Assembly: GCA_965223865.1 (NCBI GenBank)
Contig: OZ245020.1
Span: 384,001 to 448,000, forward strand
Reading direction: 5' to 3'
From: Nitrosarchaeum sp.
GTDB lineage: Archaea > Thermoproteota > Nitrososphaeria > Nitrososphaerales > Nitrosopumilaceae
Length of the DNA: 64,000 nt
The notes under the pieces were generated by a model. The model saw nothing but the letters and a program-made list of their open reading frames with translations, searched no databases and was not told the DNA's origin. A program made the translations under genes and the position numbers. Positions 18,476 through 28,107 of the stretch are shown here, in pieces. The number at the start of each line of letters is the position of its first letter. The stretch's first letter is position 1.

Positions 18476-19369
18476 ATGACTAAAACAGTAACAGTTCTTT
18501 TGACAATTGTTGTTCTGGGAAGCATTCCATTGGCTTTTGCTGATTCAAATAGAAACGACAAATTTGAGTTTGCAGGAACATTAGAAGAAACACTAGGACA
18601 CCTTTGGGCATTGGAATTGAATCTGGATGAAAAAAATTCAAAGCTAGCACTTGTTCATGCTGCTCATCCTATAGCTGAGCTATATGATACAATGAGCACG
18701 CATCTTGAAGATAATCCAAGTTTTAATGAAAAACTTCAAACCACACTAATAGATTTACAAGACAAAACAAATACTAATGTAAGCAGATCTCAGGCCCAAT
18801 CAGCAATTGATGAAGCAAAAGAAATCATCCAAGAAGCGAGAAACCTTGTTGTAGGAGATGAATTAAGCCAGGATCCAGACTTTAAAATGCAGTTAATTAA
18901 TGGATTATTGGAAACTGCCAAAGTAGAATATGAAGAAGCTGTAGTTGATGGTAATATTGAAGAAATGGCAGAATTTCAAGACGGTTCTGCCTTTGTGTGG
19001 CGTTCACAACAAATCTATCAAGAGATAGAAGATGATTTTGATCCAATTGATTCTTCAAGACTAGATGATTACTATGAACAGGTTTGGAACAGTTTTGACA
19101 AACGAGCAGATCCTGAAGATGTAGAGAATTGGATTGATGCAGTAATTTATGAATTTGAAGAATTATCTGGCATTCAATCAGATCCTTCAGAACATGAAGA
19201 AGTACTTATTGTAGATTTGCCACCTCTAAAGCAACTTCAAGAAGGTGTTGATCCACACAATGTATCGTGTAAATCCTCTCATTCACTTGTGTTCAAACCA
19301 TCAGGAGAACCAGCTTGTGTTAAGATATCCAGTGTACAAAAATTGGTTAATATGGGTTGGACCCAATAA
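18476..19369 (+). CDS. Secreted acidic helical protein, possible metal-binding
   Basis: Signal peptide; EETLGH, HAAHP, EFQDG; C-terminal PPLKQ...C...PACVK...GW module. Confidence 0.75.
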   Translation: MTKTVTVLLTIVVLGSIPLAFADSNRNDKFEFAGTLEETLGHLWALELNLDEKNSKLALVHAAHPIAELYDTMSTHLEDNPSFNEKLQTTLIDLQDKTNTNVSRSQAQSAIDEAKEIIQEARNLVVGDELSQDPDFKMQLINGLLETAKVEYEEAVVDGNIEEMAEFQDGSAFVWRSQQIYQEIEDDFDPIDSSRLDDYYEQVWNSFDKRADPEDVENWIDAVIYEFEELSGIQSDPSEHEEVLIVDLPPLKQLQEGVDPHNVSCKSSHSLVFKPSGEPACVKISSVQKLVNMGWTQ

Positions 19370-19613
19370 TCCTTTTTCTTTGTTTTTTAATTAAAAACTG
19401 AAATCATCAATGTTTTCAAAACTGATTTTTAAAAACGGAGTTAATTAGGAAGAAAGATGGTTTTACTTATGAAAGTTGTTTAATTTGAATATAATTGCAG
19501 TTTCTTTTTTTGTAGGAATGATTTTTCTTTTTTCTCTGGAATTTGATTCCATTCATGATGGGCAACAAGATAATTTTTTTAACAATTCAAACTATGCAAT
19601 CATCTAAAAAACT

Positions 19614-20426
19614 TTATAATTTTAGGTTTTGAATTTTATCGATACCCATTTTTGATTTGGGAAATTGTAATTTCATCTCTTCCATGGTTTTGGTAATGAT
19701 TTTTGCTACAATCAAATTCCGATACCACTTTTTATCAGAAGGAATGACATACCATGGTGCCCAAGGAGTACTACATTTCTCGAGAACATCCTCATATGCC
19801 TTCATGTATTTATCCCAGAATTTTCTTTCTGCAAAGTCAGCCTCATCAATTTTCCAATGTTTAGTAGGATTAACAATTCTTTGTTCTAATCTTTTTTGCT
19901 GCTCTTCTTTACTAATATGCAAATAAAATTTCAAAATTTTTATTCCTTCATCACTTAGCATTTTTTCAAAATCATTAACGTGATCATACCTTTTTGACCA
20001 AATTTTCTTTGGCACCAAATTATGTATCCTTACAACTAAAACATCACCATAATGGGATCTATTAAAAATACCAATTTCGCCTTTAGCAGGAATTTTTTTG
20101 TGAACACGCCACAAGAAATCATGATCTATCTCTTCTCCCTGAGGAGCTCTAAATGATGTCACTTTACACCCTTGAGGATTAAATCCATGCATTACATCCC
20201 TTATTGTTCCGTCTTTTCCTCCTGCATCCATTGCTTGCAGTATTATCAGCAATGCCTGTTTTTTTTCTGCGTGGAGTTTGTACTGAAGTTTAGACATTTT
20301 TAGATGTAATTCATCTAAATCAATTTTGGATTGCTCTTTTTGTAAATTACCATTGTAATCAGTACTAGTTTTTTTGAGGTTTATTTTGGTCCCAGGATTA
20401 ATTAGAAATTCCGATAATTGATTCAT
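19614..20426 (-). CDS. ppk2: Polyphosphate kinase 2 family protein
   Basis: QAMDAGGKDG, FNRSHY, WK..EAD, APWYVIPSDKKW. Confidence 0.92.
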   Translation of the reverse strand: MNQLSEFLINPGTKINLKKTSTDYNGNLQKEQSKIDLDELHLKMSKLQYKLHAEKKQALLIILQAMDAGGKDGTIRDVMHGFNPQGCKVTSFRAPQGEEIDHDFLWRVHKKIPAKGEIGIFNRSHYGDVLVVRIHNLVPKKIWSKRYDHVNDFEKMLSDEGIKILKFYLHISKEEQQKRLEQRIVNPTKHWKIDEADFAERKFWDKYMKAYEDVLEKCSTPWAPWYVIPSDKKWYRNLIVAKIITKTMEEMKLQFPKSKMGIDKIQNLKL

Positions 20427-20537
20427 TAGGAACTGTAGTTTTTCGTAATAAAATATTCTTTTTCTTATTTATTCTAATCTTACTAAGTTGGCAATCCAAT
20501 AATCATCAAAAAACCTTCTAATCTTACGGTTTCATCA

Positions 20538-21299
20538 TTACAACTTTAAATTTGCTAAAAGTTCATCAAAACTTTCTCTTGATTGCTCTTGTTTGTATTT
20601 TCTTAGATTTTCAATAATTGCATCTCTTGATGGAATCTTGTAGATTTTCTGAACTTTTTTAGCAATACCTGAACCAATAAAAATTGCCTGTGTAGCCGAT
20701 GTTACATTTGAAACTCTTCTTTTGGTACTAGAACTTTCAAAATCTATCAAAGTTGACTTTGACTTTCCAACTATCACATGTTTTGAAATGCTACTTAACT
20801 CTCCATGATCGAATCCAATTTTATCTAATCTATAACAATCTTCTAAAACAGATCTGATTGTAAACTTTAATTTCTTTACACTTCCTTTTCCACTAAGATT
20901 TTTTATCCAATCAGCAATTTTTTCTCCCTCTAGGAATTCCATGACTAGAAAATTTTTACTTACATCATATAGTTTGGGTCCAACATTTACCGAATTCACA
21001 GTTTTGAGCAGTTTTGCTTCATTTCTCATTTCTTTTCTTTGAGAATCTAATCTTCTAATTTTTACTGCAATATTTTTTGTACCTTTTTTTGCTAGCACAA
21101 CAACCCCGACATATCCTTTACCTAGAATTGCAAATTTACCAATTGTAGTTGGCCCTGTAAGAGAAATTGACTTAATTTTTAATTTTTCCAATTCAGAAAT
21201 TCTAGTTTTAATCTGATTTTTAGTGGCTTTAGGATATCCAAGAATTTTTGAATATGGCTCTTCTGAAAATTTTTTAATTGAAATAAAAGATTTTTCCAT
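20538..21299 (-). CDS. RIO1/Bud32-like Ser/Thr protein kinase
   Basis: LGKGYVGVV, AVK, HGELS, LIDFE. Confidence 0.82.
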   Translation of the reverse strand: MEKSFISIKKFSEEPYSKILGYPKATKNQIKTRISELEKLKIKSISLTGPTTIGKFAILGKGYVGVVVLAKKGTKNIAVKIRRLDSQRKEMRNEAKLLKTVNSVNVGPKLYDVSKNFLVMEFLEGEKIADWIKNLSGKGSVKKLKFTIRSVLEDCYRLDKIGFDHGELSSISKHVIVGKSKSTLIDFESSSTKRRVSNVTSATQAIFIGSGIAKKVQKIYKIPSRDAIIENLRKYKQEQSRESFDELLANLKL

Positions 21300-22602
21300 C
21301 AGTTGAAATTAGATCCAAAACAGCCTCTTTAATTGATTTTCTCAAGGTTTTACTGCCAAGGGAAACTTTGAATCCCTTTTTAAAATCATTTTGTAATCCT
21401 TTTGGAATACTAACCTGAAGATTATTTTTCAAAAATTCATTTACATATTTTACCACATTATCATGTTTTCTCTTTTCTAGGGAAACAACTCTCAAATCAT
21501 TATCAATCCACATTAGTTCTGTTTTTGAAAGATTTTTTCCAATAAAGCTCTTACAGTCCTTTTCCCTAAAAAATTCAGGTCCTTTTTTTAGATATTTTTT
21601 TGGAATAATAGTTGATTCTAGCAAAAAGAAAAGATATGCTTCTTTGTTCTCATCAGTGTAAGACATACTGCGTAATACAGTAAAACCTCCTATTTCCAGC
21701 TGAGTTGCAAGAGCTGATGACGCTCTCTTTATCTGTCCCCATATTATGTCAGAACTCCTTTTGGTATGGCTAAATTTTACCACAAGAACATTTTCCCAAC
21801 TAGTAGATTTTTTCTTCTTTGAGGTCTTGAAAAAAAGATTTGATGGATTATCTTGAAATGCCCTACACGAAAGTACAAATTTTCCTATGTTCTGGTCTGA
21901 TATTGCTGCAGCCAGATTTCTATTACTATCGATAGGATCTATTATAACAATTCTAGTATCAAATTTCTTTGATGTCTTCCCTATCACTTCATTTTCTTTT
22001 ATTTTAGAAATTGACTTTATTACATTTTCAAATGAACCATAATTTAAAATCAAAACTTCAGACACATACCCACTGAATCCTTGTTTTGCAATTTCAGCCC
22101 CATAAATCCCAACAGATTTTAGAAATTTCTTTAAAAGTCTAACCTCATCTTTCATTTTGGAATTTAGTGCTTTTTGCATATGTTTTGTATGAAATGGTGA
22201 TCTATCTGCAGCACTTTTCCAATTTGATGGTTTTACATCATAACATGGAACTACATTGATCTTTGTTTTTTTAATTACAGCTTCAACATATGGATGTTCA
22301 GAATATCTAACATATGGTTTGAAATTTTTCATTGATGCAAAACCAATTTCTTTAGTAATATTTTCAAATTCTTTTTCTGAAGTTGATTTTTTGAATTTTA
22401 TAAAAATATCAATATCAGCTTCTCTATCTAACCAAGTTCCTTTTGCGTATGAACCACCAAATTCTAATTCTACTATCTCCGAAAATTTTTCTATTTCATT
22501 TTTAACAAGGTTAAATGCTAAACCTGCGATTTGTTTTTTTGAATTGACTATAGACTTCGATGGAATTATTGATTTTTTAGCAACTAAAATTACCTTTTTC
22601 AT
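21274..22602 (-). CDS. cca: CCA-adding enzyme (class I)
   Basis: GGSYAKGTWL..DIDIF, SEHPY, DRSPFH, GFSGY, IIDPID..RN. Confidence 0.94.
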   Translation of the reverse strand: MKKVILVAKKSIIPSKSIVNSKKQIAGLAFNLVKNEIEKFSEIVELEFGGSYAKGTWLDREADIDIFIKFKKSTSEKEFENITKEIGFASMKNFKPYVRYSEHPYVEAVIKKTKINVVPCYDVKPSNWKSAADRSPFHTKHMQKALNSKMKDEVRLLKKFLKSVGIYGAEIAKQGFSGYVSEVLILNYGSFENVIKSISKIKENEVIGKTSKKFDTRIVIIDPIDSNRNLAAAISDQNIGKFVLSCRAFQDNPSNLFFKTSKKKKSTSWENVLVVKFSHTKRSSDIIWGQIKRASSALATQLEIGGFTVLRSMSYTDENKEAYLFFLLESTIIPKKYLKKGPEFFREKDCKSFIGKNLSKTELMWIDNDLRVVSLEKRKHDNVVKYVNEFLKNNLQVSIPKGLQNDFKKGFKVSLGSKTLRKSIKEAVLDLISTDGKIFYFN

Positions 22603-23138
22603 TTTCCATGTACCTCAGCTAAATCAGAATAAATTGGACCATTTGGTGTCAGAACACTTTGTTTAAACTTGAAATTTGTAATTTCTTCAGATCCAAAATC
22701 AAATAATTCAAACTTTTGCATTTCCTTTGTAATATCTCCAATCTTATTTTTAATTCTAAATACTGTGATATGAGGTTTGAATGGCTTGTCATTTGTAAAA
22801 CCTAGAGGAGTTAGAATATTTTCTACTTTTTTTGCTAAATCTATTAACGCCTCTCCTCCAACTTTATCTGTCCCTATCCAAATTACTCGAGGAAATTTTA
22901 GTTTAGGAAAGGCACCTATTCCTCTAAAATTTAACCAGAACTTTGAAAACTCTATCTTTTGTAGTTCCTCTTTTACTTGTCCCGCCTGCTGCTCAGAAAT
23001 TTCCCCTAAAAATTGAAGCGTAAAATGAAGATTTTGTGATTTCACTGGTTTTGCCTTAATATTTACCTCTGATTGAAATTTAGAAATTGCATTGATTACT
23101 TGTCTACTTGAAATTTCTACTGCTACAAATGTTCGCAA
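22599..23138 (-). CDS. thpR: RNA 2',3'-cyclic phosphodiesterase / 2'-5' RNA ligase
   Basis: Two HxT motifs (LHFTL, PHITV). Confidence 0.92.
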   Translation of the reverse strand: MRTFVAVEISSRQVINAISKFQSEVNIKAKPVKSQNLHFTLQFLGEISEQQAGQVKEELQKIEFSKFWLNFRGIGAFPKLKFPRVIWIGTDKVGGEALIDLAKKVENILTPLGFTNDKPFKPHITVFRIKNKIGDITKEMQKFELFDFGSEEITNFKFKQSVLTPNGPIYSDLAEVHGK

Positions 23139-23204
23139 TACAACATCCTTTCTAGCATCTCTATAATAATTTCCGGTACCTTCATAGAACAGCCATTTTT
23201 TGTT

Positions 23205-23759
23205 TTGGTATTGACAAAACTAATTGTTTGTTTAACTGGTATGCCCGGAGCTGGAAAATCTACAATAGCTGAAGGTCTAAAATCAAAAGGCTTTGATACT
23301 ATCAATATGGGTAATGCAGTAAGAACAGAGGCTAAGAAAAATAATTTAGATCCAACCGGACCAAACCTTGGAAAGCTCATGCTTGAGCTTCGTGAAAAAA
23401 ATGGACCTGGTGCGATAGCCAAATTAGTTATTCCAGAAATACAAAACTCAAAGTCAAATGTAATAATAATTGATGGAATAAGATCAAATGCAGAAATTAA
23501 TGTTTTAAGGCAGCATGGTATTGTAAAATTACTTGCAATACATGCATCAACTGATAAAAGATTTGGATTCTTACAGCAACGAGGCAGATCCGATGATCCT
23601 AAAACAAAGGAAAATTTTGAAGAAAGAGATAATCGAGAATTAGGAGTTGGAATCAGTAATTCAATCGCATTGTCTGATGATGCAATAACAAACAACAATA
23701 AAACAAAAGAGGAATTAATTGAAGCCTCCTTTAAAAAAATTCAAGGTTGGATTAAATGA
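23205..23759 (+). CDS. Archaeal dephospho-CoA kinase-like P-loop kinase (UPF0200)
   Basis: LTGMPGAGKS, IIDGIRS, RGRSDD, RDNREL. Confidence 0.8.
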   Translation: MVLTKLIVCLTGMPGAGKSTIAEGLKSKGFDTINMGNAVRTEAKKNNLDPTGPNLGKLMLELREKNGPGAIAKLVIPEIQNSKSNVIIIDGIRSNAEINVLRQHGIVKLLAIHASTDKRFGFLQQRGRSDDPKTKENFEERDNRELGVGISNSIALSDDAITNNNKTKEELIEASFKKIQGWIK

Positions 23760-24154
23760 AATTTCCAGATATTGATTGCAAAATACAAGTATTTTCTTCC
23801 ATAAATCCTTCTGAAGACTCTGAGAAAGTTAAACAAGCAATTTTAAACATTTTACCTTGCAATAATTTAAAGAGTGAAGAATTCTCGATAACTGGAGATA
23901 CGGATCATTTTCAATCAATGGAAAAAATCTATGAATCTATCCATTCTGCTCAATCACAAAGAGTCCTTAAACGTCAACTTGAAAAACATATGGACAGAAA
24001 CACAACTTGGTTTTATCTAAATAAGCAGGCAGCATTTGTTGAAAGAGTTGTTCTTTGTGAAGAAACCGATGAATCCCCATTAGGACCCTTAAAGGTTGTT
24101 CTTACATCTCACAATATTGAAAGAATAGCTGATATCCTTGTTCTTGGGGACTAG
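23756..24154 (+). CDS. DUF54/UPF0201 putative RNA-binding protein
   Basis: INPSEDSEKV, LNKQAAF, SPLGP. Confidence 0.8.
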   Translation: MKFPDIDCKIQVFSSINPSEDSEKVKQAILNILPCNNLKSEEFSITGDTDHFQSMEKIYESIHSAQSQRVLKRQLEKHMDRNTTWFYLNKQAAFVERVVLCEETDESPLGPLKVVLTSHNIERIADILVLGD

Positions 24155-24235
24155 TAAATTAGCTAAGAAATTTCAATCATAATTTGTTATTTTTTTTAGT
24201 TTGAATTTAAAAGATAATTTTGAAATTAATCATCA

Positions 24236-24568
24236 ATGTTTCTCAAATTAGGCATAGCAGGCATCTTGTTAATTCTTGGTGGAATAGTTTTCTCATCAGA
24301 GATTAGCGGATTATTCTCTAATACTTCAGCTTCAGTAACTGAATCACTAAAGCATGATGTTAATAATATTAGTCAAAAGGCAACCGAATCTATAGAAAAT
24401 AAGATTGAATCATCTCTTGATAATATTATGGATAATACTAGTGAAAAAATTAATGACGGAATAAATGATGCTAAAGAATCTTCAACGAATTTCCTATCAG
24501 ATGAACTAAGCAAAATTAATCCCTTTGAATCAATAGGAAATATGTTCAAAAATACTTCCTCTGAATAG
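24236..24568 (+). CDS. Membrane-anchored helical hypothetical protein
   Basis: N-terminal TM helix followed by polar helical region. Confidence 0.65.
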   Translation: MFLKLGIAGILLILGGIVFSSEISGLFSNTSASVTESLKHDVNNISQKATESIENKIESSLDNIMDNTSEKINDGINDAKESSTNFLSDELSKINPFESIGNMFKNTSSE

Positions 24569-24610
24569 ATTCTAGATGATCCTTAAATGGAAATTAGATC
24601 AAACCAATAA

Positions 24611-25336
24611 TTATTTTTTAAAAATTGAAACAAATTCTGGTAAAGATATCGCACCAGAACTTCTTATTGAGTAATCCATATCTGAAGACATTATGGTCTC
24701 TTCAGGATTTATCTCAATTAATAATGCATTATTCTGTTTTGCATAAATTGGTAAAGTGTTTGCAGGAGAAACTACCAATGACGTTCCTACAATTACCATT
24801 GCATCACATTGATTTGAATAAATCATTGCTTTCTGCCAAACATCTTGTGGGAGAGCTTCTCCAAACCAAACTACATCAGGTCTTAGTATATTACCACATT
24901 GACAAATAGGAGGAATTTTTTCAAATTCAGTTATTATTTCATCTCTAAAATCACAAACAGTACATTTTATTTTGATAATGCTACCGTGTAATTCAAGTAC
25001 TTTTGAGCTTCCTGCTCTTTGATGAAGACCATCAATATTTTGAGTTAAAATAACCACATCTACATACTTTTCAAGTTCTACTATAGCCTTATGCCCAGGA
25101 TTAGGTTCAGCTGAAAAAATATTGCTCCTTCTTTCATTATACCACTCCCATACAAGTTGTGGATTTTCATAAAATGCCTCAATAGTTGCTAGTTTCATGG
25201 CGTCATACTTTCTCCAAAATCCATCTTTTCCCCTAAAAGTTGGAATTCCACTTTCTTGAGATATCCCAGCACCAGTAACAAAAACAATTTTTTTAAAATT
25301 ACTTATTTTTTCTGCAATTTCTTCGAGAATTTCTAT
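24611..25336 (-). CDS. cobB: NAD-dependent protein deacylase (Sir2/CobB)
   Basis: Frame extends upstream of the ORF-track ATG (25198) through VFVTGAGISQESGIPTFRG; TQNIDGLH, ELHG, CxxC, RPDVVWFGE; start uncertain (ATA 25336 or ATT 25330). Confidence 0.9.
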   Translation of the reverse strand: MEILEEIAEKISNFKKIVFVTGAGISQESGIPTFRGKDGFWRKYDAMKLATIEAFYENPQLVWEWYNERRSNIFSAEPNPGHKAIVELEKYVDVVILTQNIDGLHQRAGSSKVLELHGSIIKIKCTVCDFRDEIITEFEKIPPICQCGNILRPDVVWFGEALPQDVWQKAMIYSNQCDAMVIVGTSLVVSPANTLPIYAKQNNALLIEINPEETIMSSDMDYSIRSSGAISLPEFVSIFKK

Positions 25337-26235
25337 TATTTTATTTCTACCTCCAAAAGATCCTTTGCTGTAATTACTGAATCATGAATTTTTTCTGCTT
25401 CTTCCAGATGTTTAGTCTCATCTGTATATCTAGCTGAGAAATGAGTCAAAATTAGATTTTTTACATTAGCATTTTTAGCCAACACTGCTGCTTGCTTTGC
25501 AGTAGAGTGACATGTGTCTTGTGCCTTTTCTTTTATTTCATCTAAAAAAGTAGAATCAAAAACTAGATAATCACAATTTGCAAAAAATTTCTCTAAATCT
25601 TTTGTTGGCATTGTATCTCCAGAAATACCAATTTTTTTCCCAGGCCGTTTTTCTCCTAATATTTGGTTTGGGGTAATAATTTTTCCATCAACTTCAATAT
25701 TATTTCCATTTTGTAATTTTTTCCATAAATTGCCTTCTGGAATTCCAAACTCTTTTGCTTTTTCAAGATTAAACCTACCTGGTTTATTTTTTTCTTCAAA
25801 GACAAAAGAGTATGCAGTGATAGAATGATTTGCCCTACATGCAGAAATTGAATATGTTTTAGAATCAAAAACAATCCCTTCCTTTACTGTTGAAATCATT
25901 ACAGGAAATGTTAATCCAAAGTTCAATACTTTGATGTTTGCACTAATAAATTCCTCTATTCCATTTGGTCCATAAATCTCAAGAGGTTCTGTTCTATGTT
26001 GCATTGCCATTGTTTGAAGCAGACCTAAAATCCCAATACAATGATCACCATGCAGATGTGTGACAAAAATTTTCATTTTTTTATTCCATCCTAAGCTTGA
26101 CTTTAGATAGGCTATTTGTGCCGCTTCACCTGCATCAAACATCAAGATTTCACCTTCCCGTTCTAGGCAAATACATGATAGTCCTCTAAATTCTGTCGGT
26201 TGAGCTGCTGATGTTCCCAAAAATACAAGTTTCAT
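25336..26235 (-). CDS. rnz: Ribonuclease Z
   Basis: FLGTSAA, DAGE, THLHGDH, SGDT, HST, THFSARY. Confidence 0.95.
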   Translation of the reverse strand: MKLVFLGTSAAQPTEFRGLSCICLEREGEILMFDAGEAAQIAYLKSSLGWNKKMKIFVTHLHGDHCIGILGLLQTMAMQHRTEPLEIYGPNGIEEFISANIKVLNFGLTFPVMISTVKEGIVFDSKTYSISACRANHSITAYSFVFEEKNKPGRFNLEKAKEFGIPEGNLWKKLQNGNNIEVDGKIITPNQILGEKRPGKKIGISGDTMPTKDLEKFFANCDYLVFDSTFLDEIKEKAQDTCHSTAKQAAVLAKNANVKNLILTHFSARYTDETKHLEEAEKIHDSVITAKDLLEVEIK

Positions 26236-27179
26236 TTTACCAAAATTATCCTTGTTAAGCTTTTATGCCTATAGATTTCGTATTTTCTCAGTGGATTTAT
26301 TTTCAACTTTTTCTCAAATCCTTTCTTACACATTATAGCAATTCTTTTTTTTCTTGGTAGTATAGAAACAAATTTTCTTAAAATTTCCTCAGGATTTTCA
26401 GAAGCCTTTGAAGCTCTTCCATAAGGAAGATCTGTGACAATCCCATCAAATTCTCCTACAAATTTCTCCAATTCTGAAAAATCACTTTTAATCAATTTGG
26501 ATTTGAAACCATTAACATCCAAGTTTTTTCTAGACATCTGATACATTTTTTCATCAAAATCTACACCAATAGCATGAATACCCATTGATTCAGCCTCTAA
26601 CAAAGTAGTTCCAGTTCCACAAAATGGATCACAAACTGTTTCACCTTCTTGTAGTCCAGTTAAATTTATCATGGCTCTTGTTAGTTTCCAGTCTAATTCA
26701 TGTGGATGTTTTTTTACTTTTTTAGGTCTAATAGGCCGTTCAATTTTTTTTGAGAAACCAAAAAAGTTTTCATTATTAGTAAAAATTAGGTAAACTGTAA
26801 TATCAGGATTTTCGAGTGATACTTTGGCTCGAGAAAATTTTGAAATCATGTCTCCCATAGAACTTTCTAGTTCTGGAATGTTAAACTGATTTGATGATAG
26901 ATTGATTATTCTACAAACAAATGTTTTTGTATTTTGTAAGACTTCAGTATTTCCTTCATCTAAAAACAATCCTGACATTTTTCGTAAAATTTGACCTGAA
27001 ATTTTGACGAATGCTGCCCGCTTAGCAAGTTTTTCCCAATTTGTTTTAGATTGTACAATAACAAGATTTGATATAATATTAATTTTTGAAAATCGATCAT
27101 ATGTCTTAGCTATCGAGATTATCTCATCAATTGCAATTTCTGGATAATCTTTGGATACAATAAAAAAACTTTCAGGCAT
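26232..27179 (-). CDS. THUMP-domain tRNA methyltransferase (Trm11/TrmG10-like)
   Basis: [21 protein letters not shown]. Confidence 0.85.
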   Translation of the reverse strand: MPESFFIVSKDYPEIAIDEIISIAKTYDRFSKINIISNLVIVQSKTNWEKLAKRAAFVKISGQILRKMSGLFLDEGNTEVLQNTKTFVCRIINLSSNQFNIPELESSMGDMISKFSRAKVSLENPDITVYLIFTNNENFFGFSKKIERPIRPKKVKKHPHELDWKLTRAMINLTGLQEGETVCDPFCGTGTTLLEAESMGIHAIGVDFDEKMYQMSRKNLDVNGFKSKLIKSDFSELEKFVGEFDGIVTDLPYGRASKASENPEEILRKFVSILPRKKRIAIMCKKGFEKKLKINPLRKYEIYRHKSLTRIILVK

Positions 27180-28063
27180 TACTTTATTGCTTTTGCAATA
27201 GTATTTGAAACATCCACTATTGAGGTTTTACTTGGAATTGTATTGGTACTAACAATTTTTGTAACCCCAGATTCCTTGATTTTTCTTTCAGCATCATTAA
27301 TAAGAAGAGCATGCGTACATGCGACAAAAACACGTCTACATTTTTGTTTTTTTAGAAATTCAGTGGCTTTCTTGATACTTCCACCCGTGCTTATCATATC
27401 ATCTACTAAAATCAAATCTCTATCCTTGACTTGATCAAATTTTGCCGTTTTTATCTGGACTTTGCCTGTTTTACGGTCACGAAGTTTGTTCAATGCAATA
27501 TATTCAGCTCCAAAATGTGACGCAAATTGCTTTGCTCTGTCTTTTCCACCCTGATCTGGTGAAACAATTAGAGGATTTTTCAATTTTATTTTTTTAAAGT
27601 AATCTACAAGGTCTGATATGGCAGAAACATTTTCTGTTTTAATCTTAAAGTGTTTTAATCCTAGCATACTATGTATGTCTACTACAATTATTTTGTAGGC
27701 TCCTACTCCCTTGAATAATCTACCTAGGACCTTCATGGTAACAATTTCTCCAGGCAAAAACTCTCTATCTTGTCTAGCATATCCCATGTAAGGAATTACT
27801 GCAGTTACGTTATCTGTTGATTCTTTTGCTTTTGATATAAGCGAAAGGGCCTGAATTAGGTTTGTATCTACAGGTGGGTAAATTGATTGTACTACCACCA
27901 AAGCATTATTTTTTGGTAGCTTACCATCAAGGGTGATTTTGTTTTCACCATCAGGAAATATTCTTACTTCAGATCTTACTAATTTTGCCTTTAATTTACC
28001 TGATAATCTTATAGCTAAATCTTCTGATGACTTGCCTGCAATTACTGTAAATTTACTCAACAA
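27179..28063 (-). CDS. prs: Ribose-phosphate pyrophosphokinase
   Basis: FPDGE, PYMGYARQDR, SPDQGG, VDDMISTGGS. Confidence 0.95.
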   Translation of the reverse strand: MLSKFTVIAGKSSEDLAIRLSGKLKAKLVRSEVRIFPDGENKITLDGKLPKNNALVVVQSIYPPVDTNLIQALSLISKAKESTDNVTAVIPYMGYARQDREFLPGEIVTMKVLGRLFKGVGAYKIIVVDIHSMLGLKHFKIKTENVSAISDLVDYFKKIKLKNPLIVSPDQGGKDRAKQFASHFGAEYIALNKLRDRKTGKVQIKTAKFDQVKDRDLILVDDMISTGGSIKKATEFLKKQKCRRVFVACTHALLINDAERKIKESGVTKIVSTNTIPSKTSIVDVSNTIAKAIK

Positions 28064-28107
28064 AAAAATGTGAATTAATGGGATTCTTAAGTTTTGAGAA
28101 AGTTAGA

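Noticed and set aside
19370-19613. Short minus-strand ORFs in the intergenic gap
   Set aside because: About 25 codons, low complexity, no motif
15596-20500. Intact provirus or integrative element at tRNA-Pro
   Set aside because: No integrase, capsid, packaging or replication gene; only a degenerate att-like repeat
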